From Lingula anatina (taxonomy: Eukaryota > Animalia > Brachiopoda): a DNA stretch of 64,000 nt. The notes under the pieces are model-generated. The model saw nothing but the letters and a program-made list of their open reading frames with translations. It did no database searches and was not told where the DNA came from. Shown in pieces: positions 23,669 to 37,700 of this stretch. Both the position numbers and the translations under genes were made by a program. The first letter of the stretch is position 1; each line of letters starts with the position of its first letter. The stretch is from NCBI GenBank assembly GCA_051362555.1, contig CM120648.1, forward strand, positions 4,088,587 through 4,152,586. Direction: 5' to 3'.

Positions 23669-24890
23669 CGTGAATCCTCCCATTCAGGTTTTTAAAAAAT
23701 TGGTCTCATCCTCGTGTTAAGTGAAATGCAGAAAAAAAAGCTGTTGATTACACAAGTATATATGTTGGAAACAAGAGATTGTCATTCCGTTAAGATGATT
23801 GCATAGTATAGCTACGGTAAACATGTGCATGAACATTCAAGTTTTAACTTTGCCAGACTTGGTCTTATTGCTGTGGCATAACATCAGTAGCAATGACATC
23901 TATATTTATCATATTTGCATAGTAATAATGCACACATCTCTGTTAAGTTTTGATTTTGATTTCTTAAAGGTATTCATATGTCACACATTTTTTAATGTCT
24001 CGGGCAGGAATTTTTTTTTATTTTTTATTTATTTATTTATTTATTTTTTTTGTAAGTATAACTTGAGGATGCTCCCTTTTGGTATGTGATGAGCTGAGCA
24101 ATTCATTTCTTTGCTCCACCTGGTTTTCCTGCTGTAAAACAAATTGTCAAAGGCTTTAAGAGGAGTCTCTTATTGTGCAGTCGAACAGGATAGTATTTCA
24201 ATCAACATTGCTCAAAATTTTGTACTGACAGAAATGTGTGTTCATCTTTTAACATCTCTTCTCAATTTGTTTGTACAATTGAATGGAATAAAGCTGCCAA
24301 CTGGCATCCACTCTACAGAATCGACGCATATATGTAACATTGGAAAGTTGAAGCATATTGCTCTAGGAAATGTTATTATGGATTATCTGAATTGTAATTG
24401 GTTTTATGTGAAAATTATGCTGTTTTTATGATCTTATTTGTAATTGGACAAAGCAAAGTGTATATGACCTATCAAATCATTATAAAACACAACTCGTGCA
24501 AAACTCCAGGTCCAATCAATTTCATATAAGACACTAACTTAAGTGCCGTCTTTATTTTTAATAACAAATTCACTCTTCACATCTAGAACTGTGCGCAATC
24601 CCCAAATAGTTAGACAACAACCAAGTCATACATATTTTAGGGGTGTATTATTCAATCAAATGTTGGAAATGTAGTATTTTTAATTTTTTTTATCAAATAC
24701 TGTCAAACGCATCATGTTCATGTGACCAATGGTTTTAAGGGAGCTTTTATTAACATAAAAACAAATCTTCAAACTTTCAATAAAGTAAAAAAATAAAATA
24801 GAATAAAAATAAAATGTATAATTTTGTTCATGCAAATTACGCACTTCTTGTTTATGATATAACTGGTGCTAAGTAAATTCACTTCATAAT

Positions 24891-27800
24891 TTATGATTTT
24901 ATGTCCTTGTGAACAGCTTCATGTTTAACACATTCTCTCTCATAAGCGAAAACTTTCCTGCAATATTGGCAGTGGAAGGTCCTCACATTGGTGTGGATCC
25001 TCTCGTGGCTGTTACGTGTACCACTTTGTGTGAACCTCTTTCCGCAAAACCTACACTTGAAAGGCTTTTCTCCCGTGTGAACCCATTCGTGGTTAATAGC
25101 AGCATGTTTCTGCACAAAGTGTCTCTCACAGAAACGGCATTTATGTGGCCTTTTTCCAGCATGGGTCATTTCATGCAATATCAAGTTTCTCTTCCGAACT
25201 AATGCCTTTCCACAAACCTTACAAATAAATGGCCTTTCTCCTAAGTGAGTTCTTTCATGAAGAGTACATTTATTCATTGTAGGAAAGTCTTTACCACAGT
25301 ACTGGCATATGTACATTTCTGGTTTGTAGGCCTTTTTATGAGTGCGTTCATGAGCCTCTCGATCCTTTTCATAAACTGAACACTTACATTTTTTACAGTA
25401 ATACATCATTTTTGACACAGATTTGTGCTTTATTTTGTGTAAGTTGAGAAGCGCTAAGTAGCTAAACGTCATTCCACAAGCATCACAGATGAAAGGCCCA
25501 TTTCCTTGTAACTTTTGAACCATCTTCTTGGTGTCAAATATCTTCTTTTTGGTGTCAACTATCTCCTTTTTGGTGTCAACTATCTCCTTTCTGGTGTCAA
25601 TATTAGATTTTTTTGGTTTCAATATAGAAATCCAAGTAACACTAGACTTTTTCTCTGAATCCTTTAAAAGAGGCTCGTCTGTAATTTTGTTTTTCAAGGT
25701 AAGTTGTGGCTGAGAGACAAATGTGCCAATATCATGTGTGTTATTTTGATCTGGCAAGAATTGTCCTCTTTGAGTAGATTTCAATGAGCTTGCTAGAACC
25801 TTATTGGAAGAAACACTTGATATTATAGTAGTCTTATTGGTTGCTGTCTTGATAGGTATTTCACTCCAAACTACATTTGGTCGAGTAGAAACAGTGAAAG
25901 GGCTTTTTAAATCGACTTCTTTGTTAGGCATTGAATCTCCTTTTTGGGTTGAATTAGGACGCTTTGGAGCCCAAACAATCAAGTATTTCTTTACTGTATC
26001 TTTAACTCCACTAGAACCAACCTGTTTCATCGATGCATGTTGGTCAGTTTGTGTTGTTGGTATGATCTGTATACTTTTAGATGCTTCTTGTTGTCCTTTG
26101 GGATCAGAGACAGCTTGAGTAAAGGAATTAATGTGATTTGAATCTTGCTCCCTGCTAGTGTCAGAGACGGCTGGAGTACAGGAATAACCGTAATCTGAAT
26201 CTTGCTCTCTTCTGTGATCTAAATCTTCCTCTCCTCTGGTGTCAGTGACTGTTTCAGAAATGGAGGTATTTTGCTCTGGCTCTTGCTGCATTCTGGTGCA
26301 CAATTTACTTTGAGAATTGGAACTGCAATGTGTTGAACTGTGCATCCCTATGGTGTTATTTATGACTGGATTAAGAATATTGTCCCCACCATTACAGTAG
26401 CTGAAATAGAAAATATTAGTCAAAAGTTGTATATTCATTTATCAAACAGTATCATAAAGATAACATAACTGTTTTACTCTAAGTTTCTAATCTTAATTTC
26501 CATTAACTTTGAAGTTACATTTCAAGCAAGCTTGGATTCCATATAACACAAAACCACTTCTACTTGTTACTCACATGACTAAAATTAAGTCAAAATGCCA
26601 AGTTTGAAGGAGCAAACCAGATCAATCAATCCATCAGCCAAAAAAGAAACTTTAAAACTGCACCTCTTTCAAATTTTTGGTCAACCTAGTTATCCCCCCC
26701 CCCCTCCCCCAGTATATAAAAGTTGATAGTTGATGTTACTCCAGTACTGTACTCTGTGCACATTACATTATGTACGGACCTAGCTACACACACAACTGTA
26801 TACACTGGTGGAACAATTTAACAACTGAGACAAGTTTTAACATTCAAGGGTTATTAAAAAAATAATTTAATTTAAATACATCAGGTTTCAAGCCAGTACA
26901 CAGGATGGTTTCATGGGATTTGAATGAACTGCCCTTTTTTTGTGGGAAAAGGTCTTGTCTAGGTAAATATTGATCCAGGTGCACATAGATTTGAAATTAA
27001 AACTCAATGCCCCTTCTCCGAAAAAGAGAAATAACTGGTAATGGGCTGCTTTAAGTATACAAATTGTCAGAATTAACCAACAAAGATGATGGATATGCAT
27101 TAAATGGCGGCACTTACTAGTCCATCAAAAATTTTGCCAGGTTTTCATTTGTTTCCAATTGTAGTCTATCTTTTAAAGCATTCCACCTGGGCAATTCCTG
27201 GCCAATGTTTATCCCTATTCCTACTTCTTGGAATTGTTCCAAGGGCCTGATGACATTTTCCCCTAACGGTGTTTCTTCTTTATCCAATTCCAACTGAAAA
27301 CCTGATTTGATGAAAAATAGAAGACAAAGTAAGGGGAAGAGTTCCTAATATGGGGTAATTCTAATTTAAAATAAGTTTATTTTACCAAAACACTACTTTT
27401 TCATCACTTTTTTCTTCAAATGGTTAAAATTTGATTTAAACTAGTCAAATCAGCCCTGCTTTGTTAAGCCAATTTAAGTTAGTTTCAGCATATGGCTACA
27501 CCAGTTCAAACTTCGCTATGAAGAACATGAACCATTCTACTTTGTAATAATTGTTTGAATCCACCTCTGCCTGTTCACAATCCAAAGCATGCCACTTTTC
27601 AAATTAGCATCATGCAATACTGAAAATATGTCAACAAAATCACTGATGAATTTGTACCATTTCAGTGAAGTCATAGAACTTCATGCGCGCTCTACCCAGG
27701 TAAATCAAGAACTTGTGGGAGAAAATGCGTAATAAAATCACAAAGGTTGTAGGGGCATACTTGAGTCAATACCTTCAGGACATTCTTCCTTTTCCTCTCC

Positions 27801-27908
27801 CCCTTTTATCTCTAAACTCCCTGTAAAATGAAAATTGTGGCCTGCCTCATAGTGTTCTTCATTCAGAAATTCTGCAGTTTTTTGGTCATCAGTGGCTTCT
27901 TCATCCAT
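24891..27908 (-). CDS. ZNF gene 2: exons 27908-27761, 27301-27118 (N-terminal module) and 26400-24891 (7 C2H2 fingers, some joined by TGEKP-type linkers)
   Basis: ATG at 27908 (MDEEATDD...), phase-1 and phase-2 junctions with GT/AG; INIGQELPRWNALKDRLQLETNENLAKFLMD; fingers CDAC, CKKC, CQYC, CKVC, CRFC, CRFC, CQYC. Confidence 0.8.
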
Positions 27909-30468
27909 TCTCTGACAAACAGCAACTACCCCCTTGTAAATATAAATTGTATAAAAATGGCTTTAAACGCTTCAAGGCAAAAGCTTTCAAATAATCTTTA
28001 GAATTTAATTACAGACCAGGACGGTCAGTAAAAATTAAGATGCCTGTATGTAAATTAAACAGTTACAGGGTTATCCCCAAAAGATATCTCCATTTTTTAT
28101 GTACAGACACAGATTGCCAGTTTTTTTTTGTAGCAAAAAAAGGGTCGACAAGGGCGACGAGGTATTTGGTGGGCTGAAGGTTGGACAGGCCACCTGACAC
28201 TTTGGCTGCTTCGTGTGGGTCGAAGTAGACAAAATGGCATCGACCGAAATGGCCTTTTAATAGATTTGGTAGTATTAAGCATATCTTTGCATCATTACTT
28301 ATAGTAACTGGCTCGCGCTGCCAGTAATTACGCCGCGGGATATTCAGGGCACAGACCGTGATCATAAGACATACCGCGAATAGAAAATAGAATTTAGAAA
28401 ATAGACATTGCATGTGAATGAAGCCTAAGTGTATAGTGATGAATTAACTTGACAAGGTTATGTAAATATTGTACAGGTATTCCTTGTATATTATGTACAG
28501 TGTATGAATCATGCAATAGAATTTTTTGTTGGTGGGAGCTAAATTTGATCTTCTAAAAGATACTATATAAGGATGTATGGTGGATGTGGCATTTCTATTA
28601 AGTAGGTCAAAAATTTCCTTACTCGTATTGTTTCATGTCATGATATGTTGCATCACAAAACCCTAAGACACCGTTATTTTGATTTGGCTTTAGGGGATAA
28701 AAGTTGGCATTGTATAGCATAATACTTTATCTGTTACAACTTGTTGAATACTTGTTGTTTATGTTATGACCAAGGTTACAAGATCTAGACATTTCTTTAA
28801 TTTCCCTATTAATCACTACAATCTATGACATGTAATAGATTTGTCTACCATCTAATGTGTGGGTGCGTGTTTGTGTGTGTGCGTGTTTGTATGGCACATG
28901 ATTGCTCATATTAAACCAGTCAAACCAAAGTATTGCTCAAAGATTCAAGAATCCATAACTTCCTAAAGTTGATGCAGTTTTTCTTGTTTCGTAGAAAGCA
29001 AATTTATAACTGGGATATGTCTCAAACTGAAAATAGTTGTAAGGAAAACACTAATCCTCCGAGAAATCTCATCTCATGGCGTGAGAAGTGTTTCACTTTT
29101 TCTCTCTTAATATACCACATCCTGCAAAGTGGAGAAGTAAATTGGGAAGTAATTTTTTTTTTCGAAACACTTTTTCAAAACAGACCTAGTCATATTTGAC
29201 ATATAAACTGCATTGACATTTGACTTCAAGAGTTTTTGAGCCATCTCTTGTTCCCAATATTTGTATCCTTATTAAGAAACAGTTCACAAACCAAGATCAG
29301 AGCTACCTCAGCCATTGTAGAACAAATAAAAAAGTGAATTTGAGAAATAGATCATGTATCGTGATTTTTTTAAATTTGGGGGCCTCTTGATGCAACTTTT
29401 GGTGTTTAACTGACATATATGCTAAAATCTGCACATTCTCATAGATCAGTATTATCACCAGGCTTTATTTATTAGGGTGTATTACCATGGATATCATGAA
29501 AACACTGGTGGTGTAAACAGCACAGTCAAACTGTCCCTGTACCAGAGGTAGTGGTATCATGTTGTTCCCAAGTTGTAGTATGAAACAAATATCTCTGTTT
29601 GTAGTGGATGAATTCTTTGTTATACAATACATAGCACAGATGGAGTGGACTAGATATATGTACTGGGAAATATAGAAGTAGAAGGAAATTATATCAAGTT
29701 TAGGAAATTATATCTTGTGTTTTGTGAACAATTCTCGAGCCTCTTTGGGTGCTGAAAATACATGAGCCCTTTCATCAGCAGAACAGCTTGGCGCGTCCTC
29801 CATTTTACCTGCGGTAAGATCAAAAGCACAAATTTTCGAAAGGCTGTTCCGGCTACGTCTTAGCAAAAAATGACAAATAAACAGCTCATATAAAAAGAGA
29901 ATTAGTTAAATTATCTAGGTAGGGGTTACAGAACTTTGCAAACTTCGTTATTCTAACTCTAAAATGCGATTAAAAAATTAAAATGCAAGCTATGGCTGCT
30001 TTTTTCGGTTTTCTGACCTTCTGTAACCCCTCACTCGAAAGGCTGATTCATCCTCTGCACGAATATGTGGTCAAATCCATGGAAATAACACCCGGGACGC
30101 CGTACGGAGCTTTTAGAAATATGCCGCGAAACGCGCAGGTTGAACAAGATGCGTAAATAGCGGGAACCAAACGAGGAAGTGAAATCACCGGCGATTTCTC
30201 GCGGGATTTTCATGGATGGAGGTTTTTATCGCAGAGATTATACATTGTTACAGATATTGCAAAAAAGCCCACTGAATGTACTTTCTAAATATGTTTTTAT
30301 ATTTACCATAGGACCCAAAACTTGGAAGTTATGATGGAAAACACACAGCAAGGTTAGATTTTTTCCCGCTTTCCGCTGTGTAAGCGGCGTGACCTGACCT
30401 CCCTACGTTTACTATCCAATCAAGGTGACAGCTGAGCGTGACTTTAACAGATGTTATCATACACACTG

Positions 30469-30939
30469 TCATACAAAATGTATAAACATATAGTCCACGA
30501 TATTGAATTCATTGATACTTACATCTGAGTTCTGGACAAGGGGAAATACAACTTCTTGGCCCACATCTGGAACACAGTTTCCTACCACGATGGCTTTTCT
30601 AGTCCTACTCTCCGTCGCTTCGGCCCATGTCGCACTTGAAATACTGTTTGAAGTTCGCCTGGTTTTAACCGTTTTGCGTGACTTTGGTAAATCAACTGAT
30701 GGTACTGCATCAATAGAATTACTATCTTTCCTGTTTGGCTTTCCGGATTGGAAGTGACAGCCACAGACTTTGAAGTTGTCAGTTATATCTTTCAATGAAA
30801 TATCCGCACGACCAGTGGCACTAATCCATAACAATTTCGAACGTCTGTCCTTTGGAAATACAAAAAAACTACAAACATTGTCTTTTCTACCTCTCCGGTG
30901 GCTGCAGTTATACACGCAGCAGTTATCATGGCCACCCAT
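30469..30939 (-). mobile_element. THAP-domain ORF, probably a truncated transposase 5' end or a stand-alone THAP exon
   Basis: MGGHDNCCVYNC...FFVFPKD...W...VCGCHF...DAVPSV is the C2CH THAP signature with an AVPT-like box; no intact DDE domain is visible downstream. Confidence 0.7.
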
Positions 30940-31705
30940 GACCGATAAATGCAAAGAGCGGGAGATCTACTTTACATCGTGACAGCCGTCCATGAAGGCC
31001 CCTTCTACTCTTGCCCCCTGAGAAACAGTCCCGCACAAAATGGCGCGAACTGCGCATGCTCTCGATTTCGTGGAAAACACTCTATTTAACTCACAGGTTT
31101 GGTCAATCTTACTAAAAATGCAGGTTGAGTTCGAAAATCAGCATAATCGGGCCATTATTTTAGAAGCTATGCTGTTTTTTCACATTTCCTCAGATTCAAT
31201 TCTTAGGCATGTTAACAGTCTCATTATTCTGAGTATGTGTCCTACTGTATTACATAATGCTAAAAGGCATAATGACCATCAATTTGATGAGCCGGTGGCT
31301 CCCGGGCTGCAGTCTTTCCCATTTGCTCCGTTTGAGTTCATCCACAGGGAACCGAAAAAACGAACACTTTTCCCTCCTACTTCGGTGACTACATCTAAAA
31401 ACGAAGCAGCAAACCATGTTGGCAGCTTTAGTTCTTTTAACTGATTGAAAGAAGCAGTCGTGATGCGTTAGGTGAGATTACTGATCTTGTGCAATATCGA
31501 TTGATAATTGTTTTCCACAGTAGGCTTATAAAAAAATAATGTTTTTTCTGGGTGTGGGAGTTTGTGAAAATCTCGTTTTTAGAAATTGGTGAGGCTTATT
31601 ATTTTTTATTTGGGTACATTTACTAGTGTGTCCGGGTATAATATTGCGTTTCCCCTGATAGTTATTCTGTTGGCGTTCGAATGAATGAATTTAATGTTGA
31701 AAATC

Positions 31706-34700
31706 ATGGATCAAATAAAAAGCCACTGATCGCAAAGAAACCACTGAATGTCTCACGGCGCCTTACAACGATCAAGCAAAGACAGGCCTTTTTCAGTCTA
31801 CGGGGAGTGCAGAGATGAAAGAGGGAGAATACAAGGAACATCTCAGAATAAATGACTTACATGTAGGTACGTACCCCCCCCCCCCTCCCCACTTGTTATT
31901 TTTACACATATATGTTCCCTCATAAACTGCAACGGCCACATTGTTTTCACTCAGATCATCAGTTATGTTAGAAATACCCAATAGTTCTTCATCTATCATC
32001 TATCTTCGTTGACAGATTTTCTATGTAGTAAATGTGACATTTTTATGTACAGACACAGATGTGTCTGTACATATTGCCATCACCTGCGTCTGTCGTCGCC
32101 GATGCCGTCGCCGATGCCGATGCCGATGCCGATGCCGATGCCGTCGCCGATGCCGTGCACTTTCCTTGTAAACACGATAAGTGGAGGACAGTTTTATTTT
32201 TTGGCTTTATATTTACAGAGCTGATGAATATTCATAAAACGCAGGTCAAGTTCGAAAATCAGCATGATCGGGCCATTATTGTAGAACTTATGCTGTTTTT
32301 TCACTTTTCAGCATATATGCAACCCTGTAAACACATTTTAAGGAACACCGTTAGGCCTGTTGTCATGAAACTCACAGGAGTAATCAATCTTACTAAAACG
32401 CAGGTCAAGTTCGAAAATCGGCATGATCGGGCCATTACTTTAGAAGTTATGCTGTTTTTTCACATTTCCTCAGATTCAATTCTTAGGCATGTTAACAGTC
32501 TTATTATTTTACTAATAAGATACATAAAAGTGTTTGTTTGACATTTCCTGAATCTTTACAACATTGTTAGTTGATTATGTAAAAATGATGGTAAACTTGT
32601 TATCGTGTATTGTGTAATAAAGTGTCAAAAATGGAAATAAACTCATATCATTGCAGTTTGTCAGATGCAATCATTCACTATGTTCAGAATCTCAGGATGG
32701 AGGAAATTGGACATTTAACCCTGTTGTATTGATATTTTTCCCATCTCATCAATTTTCTTAGTTGATCGTATAAAAATGGCAGTAACCTGTTAATTTTGTT
32801 TATGTTAAAAAAATTGTTAAAAATGGAAAAAAAACATTTCAGAACAGTGCTGTCTTGTTTACATTTTGGCATTTTCAAGTTGTGACTTTGAAGTTCCATG
32901 GGCCTGAAGACCTTTGCTAGTCACATTTTCTGAATATCCATGATACTAATATTTTATTATTAAAAATTGATGGTCATTAAGCTGTTTAACATTATGTAAT
33001 ATTGCACCAAAATTTGAAAAAAACTTATTTTGGGCACTGCTCCCATGATGACCATTTAAGAAAAACCATGTCACTTACTGTTCTCAAACAGTACAGTAAA
33101 TATGTACAGATGTGTCTGTACATATTGCCATCACCTGCGTCTGTTGTGGCTGGCGTTGCCGTCACTGTCACTGTCACTGTCGCCGTGCACTTTCATTGTA
33201 AACGCAATAAGTGGAAGGCAGTTTTACTTTTTGGCTATATATTTACAGAGCTGATGAATATCCATAAAACGCAGGTCAAGTCCGAAAATCAGCATGATCG
33301 GGCCATTATTGTAGAAGTTATGCTTTTTTTTCACTTTTCAGCATATATGCAACACTGTAAACACATTTCAAGGAAAACCAATAGGCCTGTTGTCATGAAA
33401 CTCACAGGAGTAATCTATCTTACTATAACGCAGGTCAAGTTAGAAAATAGGCATGATCGGGCCACTATTTTAGTAGTTATGCTGTTTTTTCTTTTTTCAG
33501 CATATATGCAACACTGTAAACACAATATAAGAAAAACAGATAGGCCAATTGTCATTAAACTCACAGGAGTGGTCAATCTTACTAAAACGCAGCTTGAGTT
33601 CGAAAATCAGCATAATCGGGCCATTATTTTGAAGAAATGCTGTTTTTTCACATTTCCTCAGATTAAATTCTTAGGCATGTTAACAGTCTTATTGTTTTAC
33701 TAGTAAGATATGTAAAAGTGTATGTTTGACATTTCCTGCATCTTTACAACATTGTCAGTTGATTATGTAAAAATGATGGTAAACTTGTTATCGTGTATTG
33801 TGTAATAAAGTGTCAAAAATGGAAATAAACTCATATCATTGCAGTTTGTCAGATTCAATCATTCACTATGTTCAGAATCTCAGAATGGAGGAAATTGGAC
33901 ATTTAACACTGCTTTATTGATATTTTTCCCATCTCATCAATTTTCTTAGTTGATCATATAAAAATTGCAGTAAACTGTTTATTTTGTTTTATGTTAAAAA
34001 AGTGTTAAAAATGGAAATAAACCCATGTCAGAACAGTGCTGTCTTGTTTTCACTTCAGCTTGTAGACTATGTACTATATTGTACATTCCATATCAATCCA
34101 GGTTTTCAGCAACAGATTAAAACGGAAGAAGAAACGCCATCTCAGGAAAATGTCATCAGGCCCTTGGAACAATTCCAGGAAGTAGGAATAGGGATAAACA
34201 TTGGCCAGGAATTGCCAAGATGGAATGCTTTAAAAGATAGACTACAATTGGAAACAAATGAAAACCTGGCAAAATTTTTGATGGACCAGTAAGTCAAGTG
34301 CCTCTGTAAAGATATATCTACAGGTACTATATAACAAACTGTTTTTCATTGTCTTTTTAACCTTTTTTCTTGAGTTTTGTTAAAATTAAGAATAGCGATA
34401 GAATCTTTTTGTTACAACAGATCTAATGATCTGGATCTGCAAGTTCAATTTTAAACCATATTTTTTCAGATGTATGCATTTTTTAAAATAAAAGATATAT
34501 TATTTAAGAACTCGGAATGTAAAATGGTTAGGGACATATCTTTTTGAATTATATTCAGTTTGGTTTGTTAAATATAAGTAAGTTTTCAGGTATTTACTAT
34601 TATTATCAAACTTTTCTTTTTAATTCCAGCTACTTAAAGAATAACACACTCACTTTAAAACCTTTTGACATTTCATACCTCCCTCCAGATAACAATATTG

Positions 34701-37700
34701 CAGAGGACATTGATAGGTTAGTTAAGATAGTTAAGATAGTTATCTCCTCTGAAGTTGTTTATTGATTGAAAATGAAGTTTTCATATAATTATGTTTGACA
34801 GTTACCATGTGACTGAGAAATTTTATTATATACTGGTACAACAGCCTGGTTGCATTGAAATTCCTTGTTATGATAAACTGTTACTTTAATTCAAATTGGC
34901 ATGAGGCAATGCACTTTAATAAAGCAATACTTGATTGTGGTATGGGGCAGTGAGAGAATCTGTGGTTTCTCAGTGATTTTTCATCCATGTTCTGGGCACA
35001 AGCAGTGTTTATACTGTCTATTAACTGTTATGATGATGGATTCATTTCTGAAACCAACAGATCAGTGTATTATCTAGCAAGTACAACCAATAGCAGTCAT
35101 TTGAAAATGCCAAGTCACTAATTAGTGGATTAATTAGTCGAGGGAAGGTGTGTGAATTCCTGAAGGTTTAATCATACTATAGAATTGTCATAGATGTGGT
35201 TACTTATGTCTATATACAATTCAGAACCTAAGAACAATTAACTTTTCATATAAAAGTGCCCCGTTTGATATTGTCCTTCTGAAATGTTCAGGAATACTTT
35301 ACACACTAATTACTGGATTAATTAGTCGAGGGAAGGTGTGTGAATTCCTGAAGGTTTAATCATACTATAGAATTGTCATAGATGTGGTTACTTATGTCTA
35401 CATACAATTCAGAACCTAAGAACAATAAACTTTTCATATAAAAGTGCCCCGTTTGATATTGTCCTTCTGAAATGTTCAGGAATACTTTACACATTTTAAT
35501 TAGAAATGGAATAGATCATCAGATCCAAGTATAGGGAGGGGTTGCGCAACAATTTGTGAGTGAAAATTGGTTGTTTTGGGGTTCAGTGAGAAACCCCAGA
35601 TAAGATCATACCTTTACATAGGAACCTCTTAGGCTTTCTTTGTTTATTACAGGCATCTGATGTTCCATTCATTTCATTAACGAGCGCCAGGAAAGTGAAA
35701 AAGAAAAAAGCAATAATTCCTCCATTTTTTTTTTTTTTTTTTTTTTTTTTGTTACGTCTCTAGCTTTTAAAATAATTTCTTTCTTTATCTTTAGCAACAG
35801 TGAAGTTGTGGATTCCTTCCCCTGTGACAAGTGTCATCGAGTATACACCAGGAGAGACAGCTTGAAAAGACATATGAAGAAGCACAGTTCAACTGAAACA
35901 TATGATTGTGACCATTGTGAGGAGACATTTCCTGAAAAGCAGGCATTGCAGCGGCATCTCCAGAAAAAACATTCTGGAATATTACACCCTTGTTCTCAAT
36001 GTGATAAAATATTTTACACCAAAGCAGGACTCAGGACACATGAAAATTCACATCGTAATATAAAATGTAATCATTTTATTGTAGATTTTTAGGGGAAGGT
36101 ATTTTTTAAAATTATTTATTTGATATATGAAATGCTCATATAAATAAGCACACACAGGAAAAAATCTTATGTCTGTGTTAAATGTAACTGAGTTTTTTGT
36201 AAATTATAATAATTTGTGCATTTTTTAACACTTCTTCAAATTTTTGTTTTAAATTTAATGAAACACTCGATAATATTGACTTCCAAGTTACTATCCTCAC
36301 CAGATATGCCACATTTATTGTTGATTTTACTCAGTCTTGTAAAAATAAGTTCACTTAGGATCAACTGATCCCTTAAAACAAACCGATCTTGGTATGGATG
36401 AGAAATACGGTATATTTCTAAATGCTCTTGACAGGTTTAAATGGCAACTTTTCTTGATTTTTCTCTATTAGTAAATTTGTTCACATGTATTGTGCTGCTA
36501 TTCATAAACTAGCAAAAGTAAAAGGCCACAATGGAATATAAAGTCTCACATCTGCCATATTTATTACAGTTCTTGAAGATGGTGTCCCCAAAGCAACTAC
36601 TTTGTCAGATGTTCCAGTTGATTTAACTGGTAAGTGTTTTCATTCTTTTGAACAAACCCTTGCTATTCAATATTATAAGTTTCTCATCTACTAGTGATTA
36701 TTTAAAAGATTGTGTTAAAACAATTAGGGGCATAAACTTTCTGTGCATGGGGGTCCGCAGAAAATTTTCCAGGGGTGAGGGGGTGGGAGTCAAAGTCATT
36801 GAAGGGGGAGATAATGATTGACTGGGTACCCGCAATTAACGTGCCTGCCAAAATTCCAGGGGGGGTCAAGTGACCCCATTGCCCCCCCCCCCCTGCGGAC
36901 GCCCATGTTTATGTGTTTGAAATTTCCTATATACATTCACTGCATTGTGCAGAGCTACCGATCTTTCCCAATTGAGACCTAAAAGGATGAAAACCTTCAA
37001 ATAAAAGGGCCTTATCTCGATATTTTCTTCTGAAATGTACAGGAAAGCATTGTGGTCTGCATGATGGCCAATGTTAAACATTAATTCCATGTGCAAGGAT
37101 GGGTCAAGCAATGATTTGAGGATAGCCTGAGTTTTTTTTTTTTTTTTTTTTTTTGTTTTGAGAAAAATAAGATTTGGCAGGAATATCACGGATAGCATAA
37201 TTTAAACCATTTTCATTATTTCAGAGTGTACCAGTAATCCAATTCCTCCATCCCCTGATGAGACCAGAGACGCTGTGCCTTCTGGTGCTGACGAAGGTAA
37301 AAATCTGTTCACCCTGTGGTACTTCAAGTTAAATTTGATCAGAACAGATTGAGCTCAAGTCTTAAAGGATGTAGTTAAAGGATACAGTTTAAATAAATTT
37401 TGACAAGTTTTGTTTTGACATTTTTAATTTATTTTTTTTTCAATCAATCTTATTATTCATTTATTTATTGATATTAAATAATTTATTTACTGCTATTAAT
37501 AGCTTGATTCTTGTGATTTGGATTGCTATTCCAGATGGTTCGGGAATGGTTTTCCAGTGTAGGGTGAGTGGGTGCGAGCGGGTGTTAAGCTCAAAGTGTG
37601 CTCTACAAAAACATAACAGGACCCACACTGGTATTTACCCGTTCAACTGTCTGGAATGCCCAAGGGGGTTCCACGCGCGGTCTGCCCTGGAGGACCACAG

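Noticed and set aside
29380-29810. Minus-strand coding-like stretch after an acceptor-like site (MEDAPSCSADER...)
   Set aside because: It stops after ~31 codons and no domain is recognisable; it may be a UTR exon or TE relic but cannot be supported.
32059-33703. ORFs 32059-32541, 33002-33703 and 31040-31444 as protein genes
   Set aside because: They are read-throughs of the microsatellite and internal tandem repeats of a HINE-like element.
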